This document shows positions 9,104 to 21,800 of a stretch of DNA of 64,000 nt, in pieces (position 1 is the first letter of the stretch; every line of letters begins with the position of its first letter). A model generated the notes under the pieces. It did not search any database, had not been told where the DNA came from, and worked only from the letters and a program-made list of their open reading frames with translations. Origin of the DNA: an uncultured Gammaproteobacteria bacterium (lineage in GTDB: Bacteria; Patescibacteriota; Microgenomatia; Levybacterales; GWA1-39-11); NCBI GenBank assembly GCA_964448725.1, contig CAYVAJ010000004.1, forward strand, positions 17,535 to 81,534, written 5' to 3'. The translations under genes and the position numbers were made by a program.

Positions 9104-10903
9104 TTATGAGAGTAGCCACTTTTCAAATTCTTTTACCGAATAGGTATTAAGTATGTCTTTATTTTCGCACCATCCACGGCGTGCAACTGATACGCCGTAG
9201 AACATATTATCCATATGTTCTATTGCATGGCTGTCTGTATTAATAACGAACTTAATACCATTATCTCGTGCTTGTTTGACTAACATATCAGGGAGATCGA
9301 GTCGGGTAGGCCATGAATTAATTTCCAATGCTTTATCATGTGTCTTAATAAAATCAAAGAGTGTATCCCAATCCACTTCATATCCTGCACGTTGATTGAT
9401 TAATCTGCCTGTTGGGTGGGCAAAAATTTTGGCTTTTGGATGTGAAAGGCCTTGGATGATTCTTTCTGTCATTTTTTTTCGGTCCATAGAAAATGAACTG
9501 TGTATTGATACAATTACCGCATCTACATATTCAAGGGCAGAATCATGGAGTGCAAGATTACCATCGGCAAGAATGTCTAATTCAAGCATATTAAATACTC
9601 GAACACTATATTTACTCTTAATATATTGTTCAATATGATTATTACGTCTTGACATAATAGTCTTTATTTCATCTTTAGTGTGATTTGAAATGCTAGGATT
9701 ATGTTCAGAAAATCCTATATATTCATAACCAAGCGACTCTGCTTTTTTGACATGATCTTCCATACTGTCTTTGCCCAGATCATGGCTCGGCTCTATTGGG
9801 TAATTGCTATGAATATGAAGATCACCGTTAATATTGTTTAGATCTACAAGTTTTGGTAACGTATGAGTACGTGCGCGCTCAATTTCTCCTTGATTTTCAC
9901 GAAGTTCTGGCGGTATCCAGTCAAGCCCTAAAAATTTATAAAAACTTTCTTCTGTTTTAAATTTCTTCATTTCGCCATCTTTTTTTATTAATTTTATGCC
10001 GCGTTCAGAGAGTGAATAGCCTTTTTTAAGCGCATATTCTCGAAGTGCTACATTATGAAATTTGCTTCCGGTAAAATGTTGCAGCATCGATCCAAAGCTT
10101 TCAGGAGGAAGAACAAGTAGATCGATGTGTTTACCCCCTGCTACCAAAATTGCAGCAGTTGTTGGGCCGCGTTCGATGATACGCTCAGTACCTGGATATT
10201 TCGTGAAGTACTCAAGAACAGCCTCTGAGTTATGTGATGTTACAGCAATATCAACATCTCCAATGGTTGATACCATGCGTCTGAGGCTTCCGAGTGGTTG
10301 AATCTCTATGACTTCTTTACATTTTTTCATATAGGTAAGTATTGTTTGGGAAAGAGCATATGCATAAGGGAGTACCATTCTACTTGATTTACTGACTCCT
10401 TCTTTGTATTCACTGAGTGCTCTAAGAATGTCTTTCTCACTTTTTTCACCAAAACCTGGTAGCTCTGCTATTCTTCCATCCTTTGCAAGCTTCTCTACAT
10501 CATTAAGTACGGTTTTAGGGTCTGTAAGATTGAAATTCATGACAATTTTTGCTGCTTTTTTGGGACCGAACGATGGTACATCTAGTAGAGGATATATTGA
10601 TTGCGGGATACGTGAAAGTAAGGATTCAAAATGCTCAGATTTGCCGTTTTTAAATAATTCTTCTAGATATTTTTTAATTGTTGCGCCGATCCCTTGGAAA
10701 TTATTTAACGTACCTTCACGATAGAGGTCTTGGAGTTCAATGGTTGAGTGTTCTACTGCTTCACTTGCATTTTGATAAGCAATTGCTTGAAAGCGATATT
10801 TCTTATCATTAGTGAGTGTATAGGCAACAGAAACATTTCTTAATAACTTTGCAATATCAGAGTTTGTAAATCGTTGTGCCATATCTCGATTATACAATAA
10901 CAT
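9104..10903 (-). CDS. polX: DNA polymerase X family protein with C-terminal PHP (histidinol-phosphatase-like) domain. The true start may be the second ATG at 10882.
   Basis: 599 aa. N-terminal PolX HhH region (MAQRFTNSDIAKLLRNVSVAYTL...), a nucleotidyltransferase core, and a C-terminal PHP domain (HIHSNY...). The first ATG lies within a TATAAT-like stretch, so the start may be at 10882. Confidence 0.75.
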   Translation of the reverse strand: MLLYNRDMAQRFTNSDIAKLLRNVSVAYTLTNDKKYRFQAIAYQNASEAVEHSTIELQDLYREGTLNNFQGIGATIKKYLEELFKNGKSEHFESLLSRIPQSIYPLLDVPSFGPKKAAKIVMNFNLTDPKTVLNDVEKLAKDGRIAELPGFGEKSEKDILRALSEYKEGVSKSSRMVLPYAYALSQTILTYMKKCKEVIEIQPLGSLRRMVSTIGDVDIAVTSHNSEAVLEYFTKYPGTERIIERGPTTAAILVAGGKHIDLLVLPPESFGSMLQHFTGSKFHNVALREYALKKGYSLSERGIKLIKKDGEMKKFKTEESFYKFLGLDWIPPELRENQGEIERARTHTLPKLVDLNNINGDLHIHSNYPIEPSHDLGKDSMEDHVKKAESLGYEYIGFSEHNPSISNHTKDEIKTIMSRRNNHIEQYIKSKYSVRVFNMLELDILADGNLALHDSALEYVDAVIVSIHSSFSMDRKKMTERIIQGLSHPKAKIFAHPTGRLINQRAGYEVDWDTLFDFIKTHDKALEINSWPTRLDLPDMLVKQARDNGIKFVINTDSHAIEHMDNMFYGVSVARRGWCENKDILNTYSVKEFEKWLLS

Positions 10904-11104
10904 AGAGGTTCTACGTTGGTGTTATATTCTCATTGACTGGTACTCAAATATTTGATACTATTCCGTATAGCCTCCTAGCTTCAGTTTTACTGGAGAGGTA
11001 TGGATCTATTTACTACACCAATATAATAAATTGGTTGGTTGTAATAGGACATTTCGACCAAGTAAATGGGGTCCCCAGATTAAATAAATTTGGGGAGGTG
11101 CAGA

Positions 11105-11181
11105 GGGGGTGTAGCTCAGTTGGTTAGAGCGCTTCCCTGTCACGGAAGAGGCCGCGGGTTCGAGTCCCGTCACTCCCGCCA
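11105..11181 (+). tRNA. tRNA-Asp (anticodon GTC), CCA encoded
   Basis: Manual cloverleaf: acceptor GGGGGTG/CACTCCC, D-arm GCTC-AGTTGGTTA-GAGC, anticodon arm CTTCC-CTGTCAC-GGAAG (GTC), T-arm GCGGG-TTCGAGT-CCCGT, discriminator G, CCA. Confidence 0.85.
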
Positions 11182-11400
11182 CGTCAAACGTGGCTTGCAA
11201 TAGAGCGAGTCGCGTATGACGCGAACGCACTTCGGCGCGTTACACTTGCTCAGTGCAAGTAACAAACCGAACAGGGAGAAAGTTAAGACGAGAAGTTTAT
11301 CCCGATAAACATCGGGAAGTCCCGTCACTCCCGCCACGTCAAATGTGGCTTGCAAATAAAGCGAGTTATGTCTGACGCGAATGTGTTTCGATGTGTTATT
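11163..11400 (+). repeat. Degenerate tandem duplication (about 155-bp period) beginning with the last 19 nt of tRNA-Asp
   Basis: AGTCCCGTCACTCCCGCCACGTCAAA(C/T)GTGGCTTGCAA... occurs at 11163 and again at 11318. Similarity continues for about 70-100 nt at roughly 75% identity. Confidence 0.6.
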
Positions 11401-11492
11401 TGCTTAATGCACATTATACATCGAATAATAGACTTAATTTATTCTGCCTCAAAACTGCCTATAACTTCTTGCCCAGAAGGGAGGTGTATACA

Positions 11493-12182
11493 ATGCCACG
11501 AACAAAAAAGAAATCTGAAACAAAGAAAAAAATTGATACAAAACAAAGAGCTGAGATGCTTACAGATAATCTTCGTGCTCGGATAGCTAATTTTTCCCTT
11601 TCACGTTCATATACGTCTCTTGTATATGGAATTATTACACTTATTGTGTTATTTGCATTAGGCTTTGCAGCAGTTCGACTTTTTACTCAAGAACAAACTC
11701 CTGAAATTTCACAACAGGGTGTTGATTCTACAATAGAGGAGAATAACAACGAATATGTAGTAAAAGAAGGAGAAACATTATGGTCAATCGCTGAGCAAGA
11801 GTATAATGATGGATTTGCATGGGGAGAAATTGCGCAAGCAAATGAACTTCCAGATCCAAACAATCTTGAAGCAGGAACACGATTAATCATTCCTGAAAGA
11901 ACTACTCCGGAACAAGCACAAGACAGTGAAGAGCAAGGAGAAGAAGTAAATGTAACTCCAACTGAAGATGTACCGACACCAACAGCTGTATCTGAACAAA
12001 TGCAAACAGCTGGTGAGCAAATTACTGGATCAGAATATACTGTTGTTGCAGGAGATACCCTGTGGGATATTTCTATTCGCGCATATGGTGACGGATACCG
12101 TTGGCCAGAGATTGCAGCATCAAATAATATTGTGAATCCTGATTTAATTTATGTTGGAACAACCTTAAACTTGCAGAGATAA
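11493..12182 (+). CDS. LysM domain protein (N-terminal TM anchor, two LysM repeats)
   Basis: The ORF track's longest frame starts at 11391. The ATG at 11493 is preceded by GGGAGGTG. Two LysM motifs (GETLWSIAEQEY... and GDTLWDISIRAY...) follow a TM helix. Confidence 0.7.
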   Translation: MPRTKKKSETKKKIDTKQRAEMLTDNLRARIANFSLSRSYTSLVYGIITLIVLFALGFAAVRLFTQEQTPEISQQGVDSTIEENNNEYVVKEGETLWSIAEQEYNDGFAWGEIAQANELPDPNNLEAGTRLIIPERTTPEQAQDSEEQGEEVNVTPTEDVPTPTAVSEQMQTAGEQITGSEYTVVAGDTLWDISIRAYGDGYRWPEIAASNNIVNPDLIYVGTTLNLQR

Positions 12183-12372
12183 CTTTGATGAAATAACTCA
12201 TTATCTCTGCAGTTTATGCTTGGTATTCTCTCAGTGAAGAGGGCTGTGGAGTTGAGAACTCATGTCTCAATACGGATATGTATCTGTATGTCTCACATTG
12301 GTTTATGCTACTATAATTAATACGTAGTGTAGGCGGTTCAGTGAACCTCAGAATTCATCTGCTGTGATATAT

Positions 12373-12553
12373 GCGGGTGTAGTTGAGTGGTACAATGCTT
12401 CCTTCCCCGCCTGAAATCGCTTTTGCGATGGTAGTTCAAAGGTAGAATGTCTCCTTCCCAAGGAGAAGGTTGAGGGTTCGATTCCCTTCCATCGCTCATG
12501 CATTAGCGGGCAGGCCAAGGAAGAGTTCGTGGATTCAATTCCCATCACCCGCT
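12373..12553 (+). pseudogene. Split tRNA-Gly-like gene with a 109-nt insert at the anticodon loop. Intron-containing or disrupted tRNA.
   Basis: The 5' half GCGGGTGTAGTTGAGTGGTACAATGCTTCCTTCCC (12373-12407) and 3' half AAGGAAGAGTTCGTGGATTCAATTCCCATCACCCGCT (12517-12553) together form a tRNA-Gly-like cloverleaf. The acceptor pairs GCGGGTG/CACCCGC and the anticodon stem pairs CTTCC/GGAAG. The insert ends pair GCCTG/CAGGC. The T-stem has one mismatch. Confidence 0.4.
12425..12496 (+). tRNA. tRNA-Gly (anticodon CCC), no encoded CCA; nested inside the split tRNA-Gly-like gene
   Basis: Manual cloverleaf: acceptor GCGATGG/CCATCGC, D-arm GTTC-AAAGGTA-GAAT, anticodon arm TCTCC-TTCCCAA-GGAGA (CCC), T-arm GAGGG-TTCGATT-CCCTT, discriminator T. 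Confidence 0.75.
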
Positions 12554-12893
12554 CATAGTCTCGACCTTTTTGTGAAACAAAAAGAGACAGACTTATTAAA
12601 TCATAATATACTGTTGGAGAAGTAAAACCAGCTAAAAGGCAGAATTCCATTTGTCCTCGGGTATAAAGAAGACTCTCTAGATACATATCAGGCATTCAAA
12701 CGTGAGAAGCATTGTAAAACTTCCTGGGGTCGTAGGCTATTAAAAAAGTTACTTAACAATCAATAAAATGAAGGTCCACTTCTAGTGGAAAGAATAGAAT
12801 AATTTTGCTACTTGATTTTTTTACAAAATGCTTACTATTATGATGTAGGAGGTGCTTTTAAAGCAAAAAAAACAGCTTTACACCTAATAAATA

Positions 12894-15800
12894 ATGCACT
12901 CCCGCAAAAAAAAGTTTAAAGACTATTGGGAATTCGCTGAACTACAAGACAAAAAAGTCCGCATTGCTATTGCCATCTCTGCTTTAGGACTTTTGCTCTT
13001 TATCGCCTTCGCACTTACTTTTCCTTTTTATGATAATCTCTTTACTCGATTATTTCCGAAATCTCCTTCTCTTGCGGACGTAACAGCTCCAACAGTTGTA
13101 CAGTCAAATACTGCTACCGTTTCTTCTGGGAGTGATGTGTCTATTTCATGGGGGAGTCCAACATCAAATGGAAATTTCCTCATTGCAGTATTAGCAGCGC
13201 AGAGCGGAGATGAAGCATTATCGATATCTCAAGCGCCACAAGGATGGACATTAGTATCGGATACTATTAATGAGGAAGTAAGACAGTGGGTATATGCCTA
13301 TGCGAATGCTCCAGAACAGAGTGGAGAAGTAAAATTCACCCTCTCTTCAGGAGTAAAATCATCACTCGTGGTTGCAGAATATAAAGATGTTGCAAAAGAA
13401 AATGCTATAGAAACTCAGAATTCTTTAGTAGGAAATAATGATTCTCCCACTGGATCTGTTGATCCAAATACTGATTATAATTTAGTAATTGCAGCAGTAA
13501 GTTCGGTTGTAACAAGCAGTGAAAGCGCCAGTTTTAATAATGCTACTAATGACTTTTCTCTTGTAGGTCAAACATCAACAACAGGAGATGCTGTTAATAT
13601 CGCAACTGCATTGTTTAGTTCGTTTGTTGCCAATCAAGAACCTGTTAATAATTCCGTAACTATTGGATCAGGTACTCAATGGATACATACAATGGTAGCT
13701 ATAAAGCCTGTTGTACCTATCCCGACCTATACTCCTATTCCCAGTAAAGAACCAGAACCAACACCAGAGACAGAACCTGAGTTTTTACTTCAAGGATTAG
13801 ATCCTGAAAACACACAACAGAGTGGTCTGAGAAGTCTTGCGCTTGAGAGTACACAAATTTCGGGTACAACCTATTATGTAGATTGTCAAAACGGAAATGA
13901 TAGTAATAATGGAAGATCAGAGGGTGCTGCATGGAAATCATTAAATAAAATTAATAATGCCACATTAAATCCAGGAGATGGAATTCTATTAAAACGAGAT
14001 TGTTCATGGACTGGAACCTTGGATGCTGCGTGGAATGGTACTGCTCAAGAACCTATTACAATCGGTGCATATGGAGAAGGTGTGCTCCCTACGATTAAAT
14101 ATGACGGATCAAAAGGCGGTGGACCAGCTGTTAAAGTATCAGGATCATATGTCGTAATTGATAGTCTGAAAGCTACACTGACCAATCCCAATAGAAGTTC
14201 TGATTGTACATTAGCAGATGGGCAAAAACAGCATTTTGGTTATTATCAAGGCTTTAATTTATCTGGTCATCATCTTACCCTGCAAAACTCAGAGGCTACA
14301 GGCAATTCGTTGGGAGTTTTCACTACAGATTCCAGTCACCATAATAAAATACTGAACAACCATATCCATCATAACGATGGTTTATGGAGAATTGGCCCAA
14401 TTCCTCCAGGATCAATGGGTGGTATGGGTATGAATTTGCATGGCGATGATCATGAAGTTGCACATAATTTCTTTGAAAAAAATGATGCAAATTGTGATCC
14501 CCCAGACCATACGCATAGAGGGTATAGTGCAGCAATTGAGCTATATAATGCTAGTCGTGCGCACGTACATCATAATAAAATGGTAGGACATCGAAAGCAC
14601 TTTGAAATGGGTAAGAATAGCGATGAAATATCTGACGATAATATCTTTGCCTATAATTTAATTGTCAGTAATTTGGCAAATGCAAAAGGTCCTAATATTC
14701 ATGGCGCAGGAAATAAATTCGGTCCTGTTAAAAGGACAACAGTAGTCAATAATACTATATATCTTGTGGGTTCAGGGAATACTCAAGCACTCAATTGTGG
14801 GTGTACAGATGGCGCAACAATACGAAATAATATATTTTGGGCAGAAGAAAAAGTCGCATTTTTTAACGGTACATACACAGAATCTAATAATATTTACTGG
14901 GATAGTGATGGAAATCCAAATGCTCAAAATTTGAGTTTGCACGCTACTTCAAAAAAGACTAATCCGCAGTTTGTGAAGGCTGCTGTCAATGATGGTGACT
15001 TTCGTTTGAAAGCAGGGAGTCCTGCAATTGATGCCGGTATTTCAGTGGGATATGATTTAGACGTTGAAGGAGTATCTGTTCCACAAGGCTCAAAAGTTGA
15101 TATCGGTGCAATTGAATATACTGGTCAGGTTGTAACAACTCCAACCCCAACTGCAAGTACTGTTACCCCTACTCCAGGCGTTCAAGAACCATTCAGTGGT
15201 TCACGGATTTCGCTTCCAGGTACCATCCAAGCAGAAGATTTTGATAATGGCGGTGCTACTGTTGCATATGTTGATAATGATACAGGCAACAATGGGAATA
15301 TATATAGACAAACAGATGTTGATATTGAGGCTACGACTGACACTGGGGGAGGGTATAATCTTGGCTGGACTCGGCCAGGTGAGTGGGTAGAATATAGCGT
15401 TAATGTCTCATACTCAGGTTCTTACACGATAGGAACACGAGTAGCATCAAATGGAGGCGGCGGAGTATTTCATATAGAAGTTGATGGTACAGATGTAACT
15501 GGTCCAATGACCGTGCCAAATACAGGAGGTAATCAAATTTGGCAGACAGTTGAAAAAACAGGTGTACAGCTTACTGCAGGACAACATATTGTTCGTCTCT
15601 CATTTGATAATAATGGCGCAACTCAAGGTGTAGGCAATTTTAATTATATGACCTTTACTTTTGATCCTGGTCCTCAAACGCCGTACACAGGTACTCCTAT
15701 TTCTCTTCCAGGCATAATACAAGCTGAAGACTTTGATAATGGGGGTGTTATGGCTGCTTATTTTGATCAAGATGCAGGCAACAAGGGTAATGTGTATAGG

Positions 15801-18800
15801 GAAACAGATGTTGATATAGAAGCAACGACTGACACTGGTGGAGGGTATAACCTTGCTTGGATGTGGCCTAATGAATGGGTAGAGTATACAGTAAATGTAA
15901 CAGAAACAAGTACATATACCGTTGGAGCACGAGTCGCCTCCAATGGAGGTGGGGGAGTGTTTCATATAGAAGTTGATGGGCAAGATGTAACCGGTTCAAT
16001 GACTGTCCCGAGCACAGGAGGAAATCAGGTTTGGCAAACAGTTGAAAAAACCGGAATTCAATTAAGTGCTGGACAGCATATTATCCGATTGTCAATGGAT
16101 AGCAGTGGAGCACAGCAAGGAATTGCCAATTTTAATTATCTAGAATTTACTCAAGACACATCTACTAGTCCAGTACCATCCACCTCACAGGAATATACAT
16201 TATCCGGATCAGTATATGTCGATGTAAATAGAAATGGGGTAAAAGATACTGATGAATTAGGCCATAACGGAGCTGAGGTTACGGTATCAGGCGGATTATC
16301 AGCTAGTACCAATGCATCCGGGCTTTATACATTAACAGTTCCTGCTGCAGTATATACTGTTACTATTACCATACCTGATGGATATGAGGGAACAACTACA
16401 AATCCATTGTCTATTTCAGTCTCTGCAAATACTTCGGCGAACTTTGGTATTGCCCCAACAGCTACTGGAGGTAGAACAAATTCTGTCTTCACAGTGAATG
16501 CAGCTAAGACAGGTACTGAATTGAATGGACAACCTTTTCAAGTTGTTGGTATTCGTGTATCAAATGCACTTATTAATGACGCTAAAACACAACAACTCAT
16601 AGATAACCTTGATGTATTCAGAACTTATGGTATTAATACCGTTAGCGTTTTCTTCCAAGGTTCACGATTTGGTGACATCAAAGGCTATAGAGAAGATACA
16701 ACACTAAATCCTACCTACGCTGCTCGGATGGCACGAATTATTGAAGAAGCTGATAAACGTAAGATGGTCGTTCTAGTGGGAGTTTTGTATTATGGCGATG
16801 CAACCTTTGCAAAATGGGATAGTTGGGGACAAACTGAGGCAAACAGTGCAGTTGCTAATACTGTTCAGTGGCTCAAAGATAATAATTATCGCAATGTATT
16901 TATCGATGTTGATAACGAACAAATGTCACCGTTTGATAGTCAAAAACTCATTGCAGCTGGAAAAGCAGTTGATGCATCCTATGTAATTGGTTCTGGTGGC
17001 AAAATAACGCCATCAAATGCTGACCTATCTTTGCACCAAGGAGGCAAAAATATAACCGGTAAACCATATATTGAATCTGAAGGAACACCGCAAGGATATT
17101 GGGGTGCATATAGCAGACAGTCAGGAGACACACAATATCGAAATATTGGCATTTATACGAGTGATTTAAAATCTGCATGGTTGTCTGAAACTTCTAGTTT
17201 ATTGAATCAAGGAAAAGGATATATGGGTGCATCAACCTGGTTACAGGCCGACCTTCCAGAGGGACCAAATCACATACCTGGTGGAAATGGGACATCAGCA
17301 GATCCTGGGATTAAATTCTGGTTAGAGCATGTAAAGAGTTTGGTTGGGCCGTATGAGCCATCAGGTATTGGAGAGGAGACTACTCCAACCCCAACTCCAA
17401 GTGCTATTACCCCTACTCCTACTCAACCACCAACTGGGGGAACAGGGGCATTTTTGGAAAACAACGGTCAGCTAGTTATTGAGGTAGAGGATTATAATGA
17501 TATTTTTCCATCTACATTTAATAACTATACACAAACACACAATTGGGAAAAGAAAACAAATATTCCAGACTATAGTGGAAGCGGATTTATGCATAATATA
17601 CCAGATGAGCGAGGAGAGGATGGAGTAGGTCCTAATTCACCTCGAGGAAAAGGTGGACCTGAAATGCGGTATCCAATCAAGATATCAACTCCTGGAACAT
17701 ACAATGTCTGGGTAAGAGGGTATACTACGGGAGGAGAGTCAAACGGAGTACATATCGGGGTTGATGGGGTAATGACAGGTACAGAAGCTGGAGCTTCAAA
17801 TATGTCAGGGTTTAGACCTAAAGAATCGTGGATTTGGGAAAGTGCAAGAAAAGAAGGATATACGCTCCCTGCAACTCTCAATCTTACTGCTGGTTATCAT
17901 ACACTTAATGTCTGGGGAAGAGATGATGGATTTAGAATGGATAAAATAGTATTACGAATAGGAAGTGGTGTCCCATCAGGGACAGGACCTGCCCAGAGTG
18001 CGCGAGAAGCCATACCAACTCCAATAATTACACCAACTCCCACACCTGTGGTTACCACAACTCCCACACCTACTCCAAGTGTTCAAGCACCATTTACGGG
18101 AACTCCTATTTCGTTACCTGGAACAATCCAGGTAGAAGACTTTGATAATGGTGGTGCAAATGTTGCGTACTTTGATACGTCAGCAGGTAATAACGGTGGA
18201 GTATATCGAGATACAGATGTTGATCTTCAAGCTACTACTGATACTGGAGGAGGATATGGTCTTGAGTTTACAAGATCTGGAGAATGGTTAGAGTACACTG
18301 TAGATGTTGCTGAGGGCGGTACTTATGATATTGGTGTACGTGTTGCCTCTAAAGTAGTTGGTGGTGCATTCCATATAGAGATTGATGGGCAAGATGTAAC
18401 TGGGCCGATGTATGTACCAAATACTGGTGATTGGCAAACATGGACAACAATCGAGAAAACAGGTATACAGCTTACTGCAGGAGAACATGTAGTCAGATTA
18501 TCATTAGATAGCAGTGGTGAGCAGGCAGCTATTGGAAATATCAACTATATTACATTCACGAAAGTTGTCACAATTCCTACCTATACACTCTCAGGTACTG
18601 TATATGTAGATGCAAATAATAATGGTATACAAGATACAGATGAGGCTGATTATGCAAATGCAATTATTGAACTTTATGAAGGACCTGAAGCGACAGATAT
18701 TCCTTACCACACAGCAGAAACCAATACAGCCGGAGCGTATACTTTCAACACATTAAATCAAGGAGTATACACAGTATCACTTCTAATTCCTGATGGATAC

Positions 18801-21800
18801 AGTGTTACTACAGCTATCCGTCAAGTAGTCTCGCTTACAGCAGATACTATAGTGAATTTTGGTATCGCATCCACACAAACACCTACTATTACTCCTACTC
18901 CTGTAAGTCCTTCAAATCTTCTAAAGAATGGAGGTCTTGAGAGTAGCACTACTGTTTGGGGGTTATATGGGGGTGCAAGTATAATGCAAGGTACTTCACA
19001 TGGTGGTAGTAAAGCTATTCGTGTAGGTAATGCAAGTGGTGGGGGTGAATCAGGTGCCGAGCAAGCTGTTGCTGCACAGCCAGGAAAGACATACTCACTT
19101 ACTGCCTGGGGTATGATGAGTAATTCAGCTCAGAGTGATAAAGGCGCTGTGGGTATTAAATTTAAGAACAGTGCAGGAGATGTTCTTGGTAATGAAACAT
19201 CCATCTTTATTCCTGAGACTGATTGGACTCAGAAACAAGTGTCTGCAATTGCACCTGCTAACACGGCAAGCGTTGTAACTTATGTATATAAAGAAGTGGG
19301 AGATAATACTTTCTTATACATTGATGACTTTACGCTTACAGAAAGCGGAGAAGTTACTACTCCAACCCCAACATTGACAAATACTCCGACACCTACTGTT
19401 GCACAAAATACACCGACTCCAACGCCAGTACAACTATCTGATTTAGTAGTTAGTGATATAACATGGAGTCCATCTAATGCTACTGTAGGACAAAATGTTA
19501 CTTTTGGTGCTACCTTAAGAAATATTGGATCAGCTGCAACTCCTGATGCAACTGCCCATGGAGTAGCGTTTTATGTGAATGGAGTAAAAGTATCTTGGTC
19601 GATAAATCATAATGCGTCTATTGCACCAGGTGACTCAGTAACAGTCACTGCTAATGGTGGTCCTGAAGGTTCACGATTCTGGACAGCGACAGCAGGTACA
19701 CATGAAATTGAGGCAGTAGTTGATGAGCCTGGCAGGATTACGGAAAGTAATGAGGAAAATAATACTGCAAGCAACCAATTTACCATTGTTGCTGCTCCTA
19801 CGGTTACTCCGACTCCGACATCTGTTCCTACTTACACAGTAGATGGAACTGTATATGTAGATACAAATAAAAATGGTGTGCAAGATACAGATGAGGCAGG
19901 GTATGCAGATGCAGTTGTTATGATATCAACTAACCCTGAAACAGCAGGTATAAGCGATGAAAATGGGCGTTTTATTCTTACTGGAATAAATCAAGGAGTA
20001 TACACAGTTACTCTTTCCGCACCTAATGGGTATACTATCACGACTTCCAATCCAATTGAAGCAGTTGTAACTGCAAATACTACAATCAATTTTGGAATCG
20101 GTCTTATTCCAACTCCAACCCCTACAGCTCCTGTTATAACGCCTACATTAACAACAACTCCTACCCCTACTGCAACAGCTACTCCGATTCCAACTGTTAC
20201 TCCTCTTCCTACGGGTACTCAGTCAGTAACATACTCGGTCCCATGGACAAGTGAAGATGTACAAGAAACAAATACATCATTTACGGTAAATGACACCACT
20301 CTTCGAATTGGTGGATGCGGACAGACAGCTTGTTATACTGGTCTTCGGTTTACGAATATTAACCTGCCTAAAGGTTCTATAATTAATTCTGCATATGTAG
20401 AGTACAATGCAGCCCAAAGTAACTCACTTGCAAATGTAGCGGTAGAGATTGCAGGACATGATTCGGATAATAGTTCGCTTTTCTCTTCATCCAATAAACC
20501 TTCACAAAGAACACTTACAGCTGCTAAAGTGACTCCTCAAACTGATACAGTAGTTGCTGCTAATCAGTGGTATCGTTTAGGTAATATCTCATCAATAGTG
20601 CAAGAAGTCATAGATAGAGACAATTGGCAAACTGGAAATAGTATTTCACTTATTATTCGTGCTACATCTCCAACAGAGCAAGATACAGGAATTCTTGCAC
20701 ATAGTTACGATGGAAATTCTGAGAGAGCACCACGCTTAGTAATTATATATAGTAGTCCGATAGGCGGAGAAGAACCAACAAATACTCCTGTCCCTATTAC
20801 AGAGCCTACTGAAGCACCTATTCCAACGTATATTCTTTCAGGTACTGTCTATGTAGATACCAATAAAAACGGCGTAAAAGATATAGAAGAATCAGGTCAA
20901 AGTAATATAACAGTATCTCTGTCAAATGGAGCATCGGTTTCAACTGATGCACAAGGTAGATATCAATTTACTGATTTAATCCAAGAACTCTATACTGTAA
21001 CTGCAACAGTACCAAATGGATATACATTGACTACTCAGTCATCAATCCCTGTATCACTTATAGCTGATACAAGTGTACACTTTGGAATGGTACAAGTACC
21101 AATAGCCACGGTAACTGCAACATCTGCACCAACCCCTACCCCTATTCCATGTTCACTTGTATCAGCCAAATGGCAAACAACCAATAATCAAATAGATGAA
21201 GGTGAGATTGTAGGACTTGAAGTTATAACCTCAGGAAACTGTGTTGGAGAAGAGCTGGAGTTTGAGGTACGAGAGGACGATGGAATTATGGGGTCTGATG
21301 CAACAAATATTATTCCAGCAACAGTACCAATAATCGGAAATAACGCACAGACTTCATGGATAGTTGAATGGCAGCAGGATTGTATGGGATTTGCACTTTG
21401 CCAAACTCCGGAATATTACTATATTGTTAGAATTGTGGGAACCACAACTGAGATACGCTCAACAAATCCAACACTTAAAGTGCAGCGTACCAACAAAGCA
21501 CGGTTTGTGACTATTCCTCATGTGGATGTGACTCAAGATACTGTGAAAATTACATGGAAGACAAGCCATGATATGTCATCACAGATTAGCTATGGATTAT
21601 CTGCAGAATCCCTTGTAAGTACAGATGAGATAAATACCAATATACGAGCAGCTGATCATGCTATTACAATTGACAACTTACTTCCTTGTACTGCGTATCG
21701 GTATCAGGTACGTTCACGGGAAATAACTGGTGATATGGTAGAGAGCCCTTTTGCTCAATTTATAACAAAAGGTTGTGAAGGAAACTCGTCAGTACTTGCA

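Noticed and set aside
11006-11355. Two minus-strand ORFs (74 and 61 aa) overlapping tRNA-Asp and its duplicated 3' end
   Set aside because: Their translations are read across the tRNA and repeat (e.g. ...FDVAGVTGLEPAASS...). They are artefacts of the structured RNA region.
12348-12695. 115-aa minus-strand ORF from the six-frame track
   Set aside because: It lies entirely across the tRNA-Gly / split-tRNA region on the opposite strand. The sequence is explained by the tRNA structures, so the ORF is spurious.
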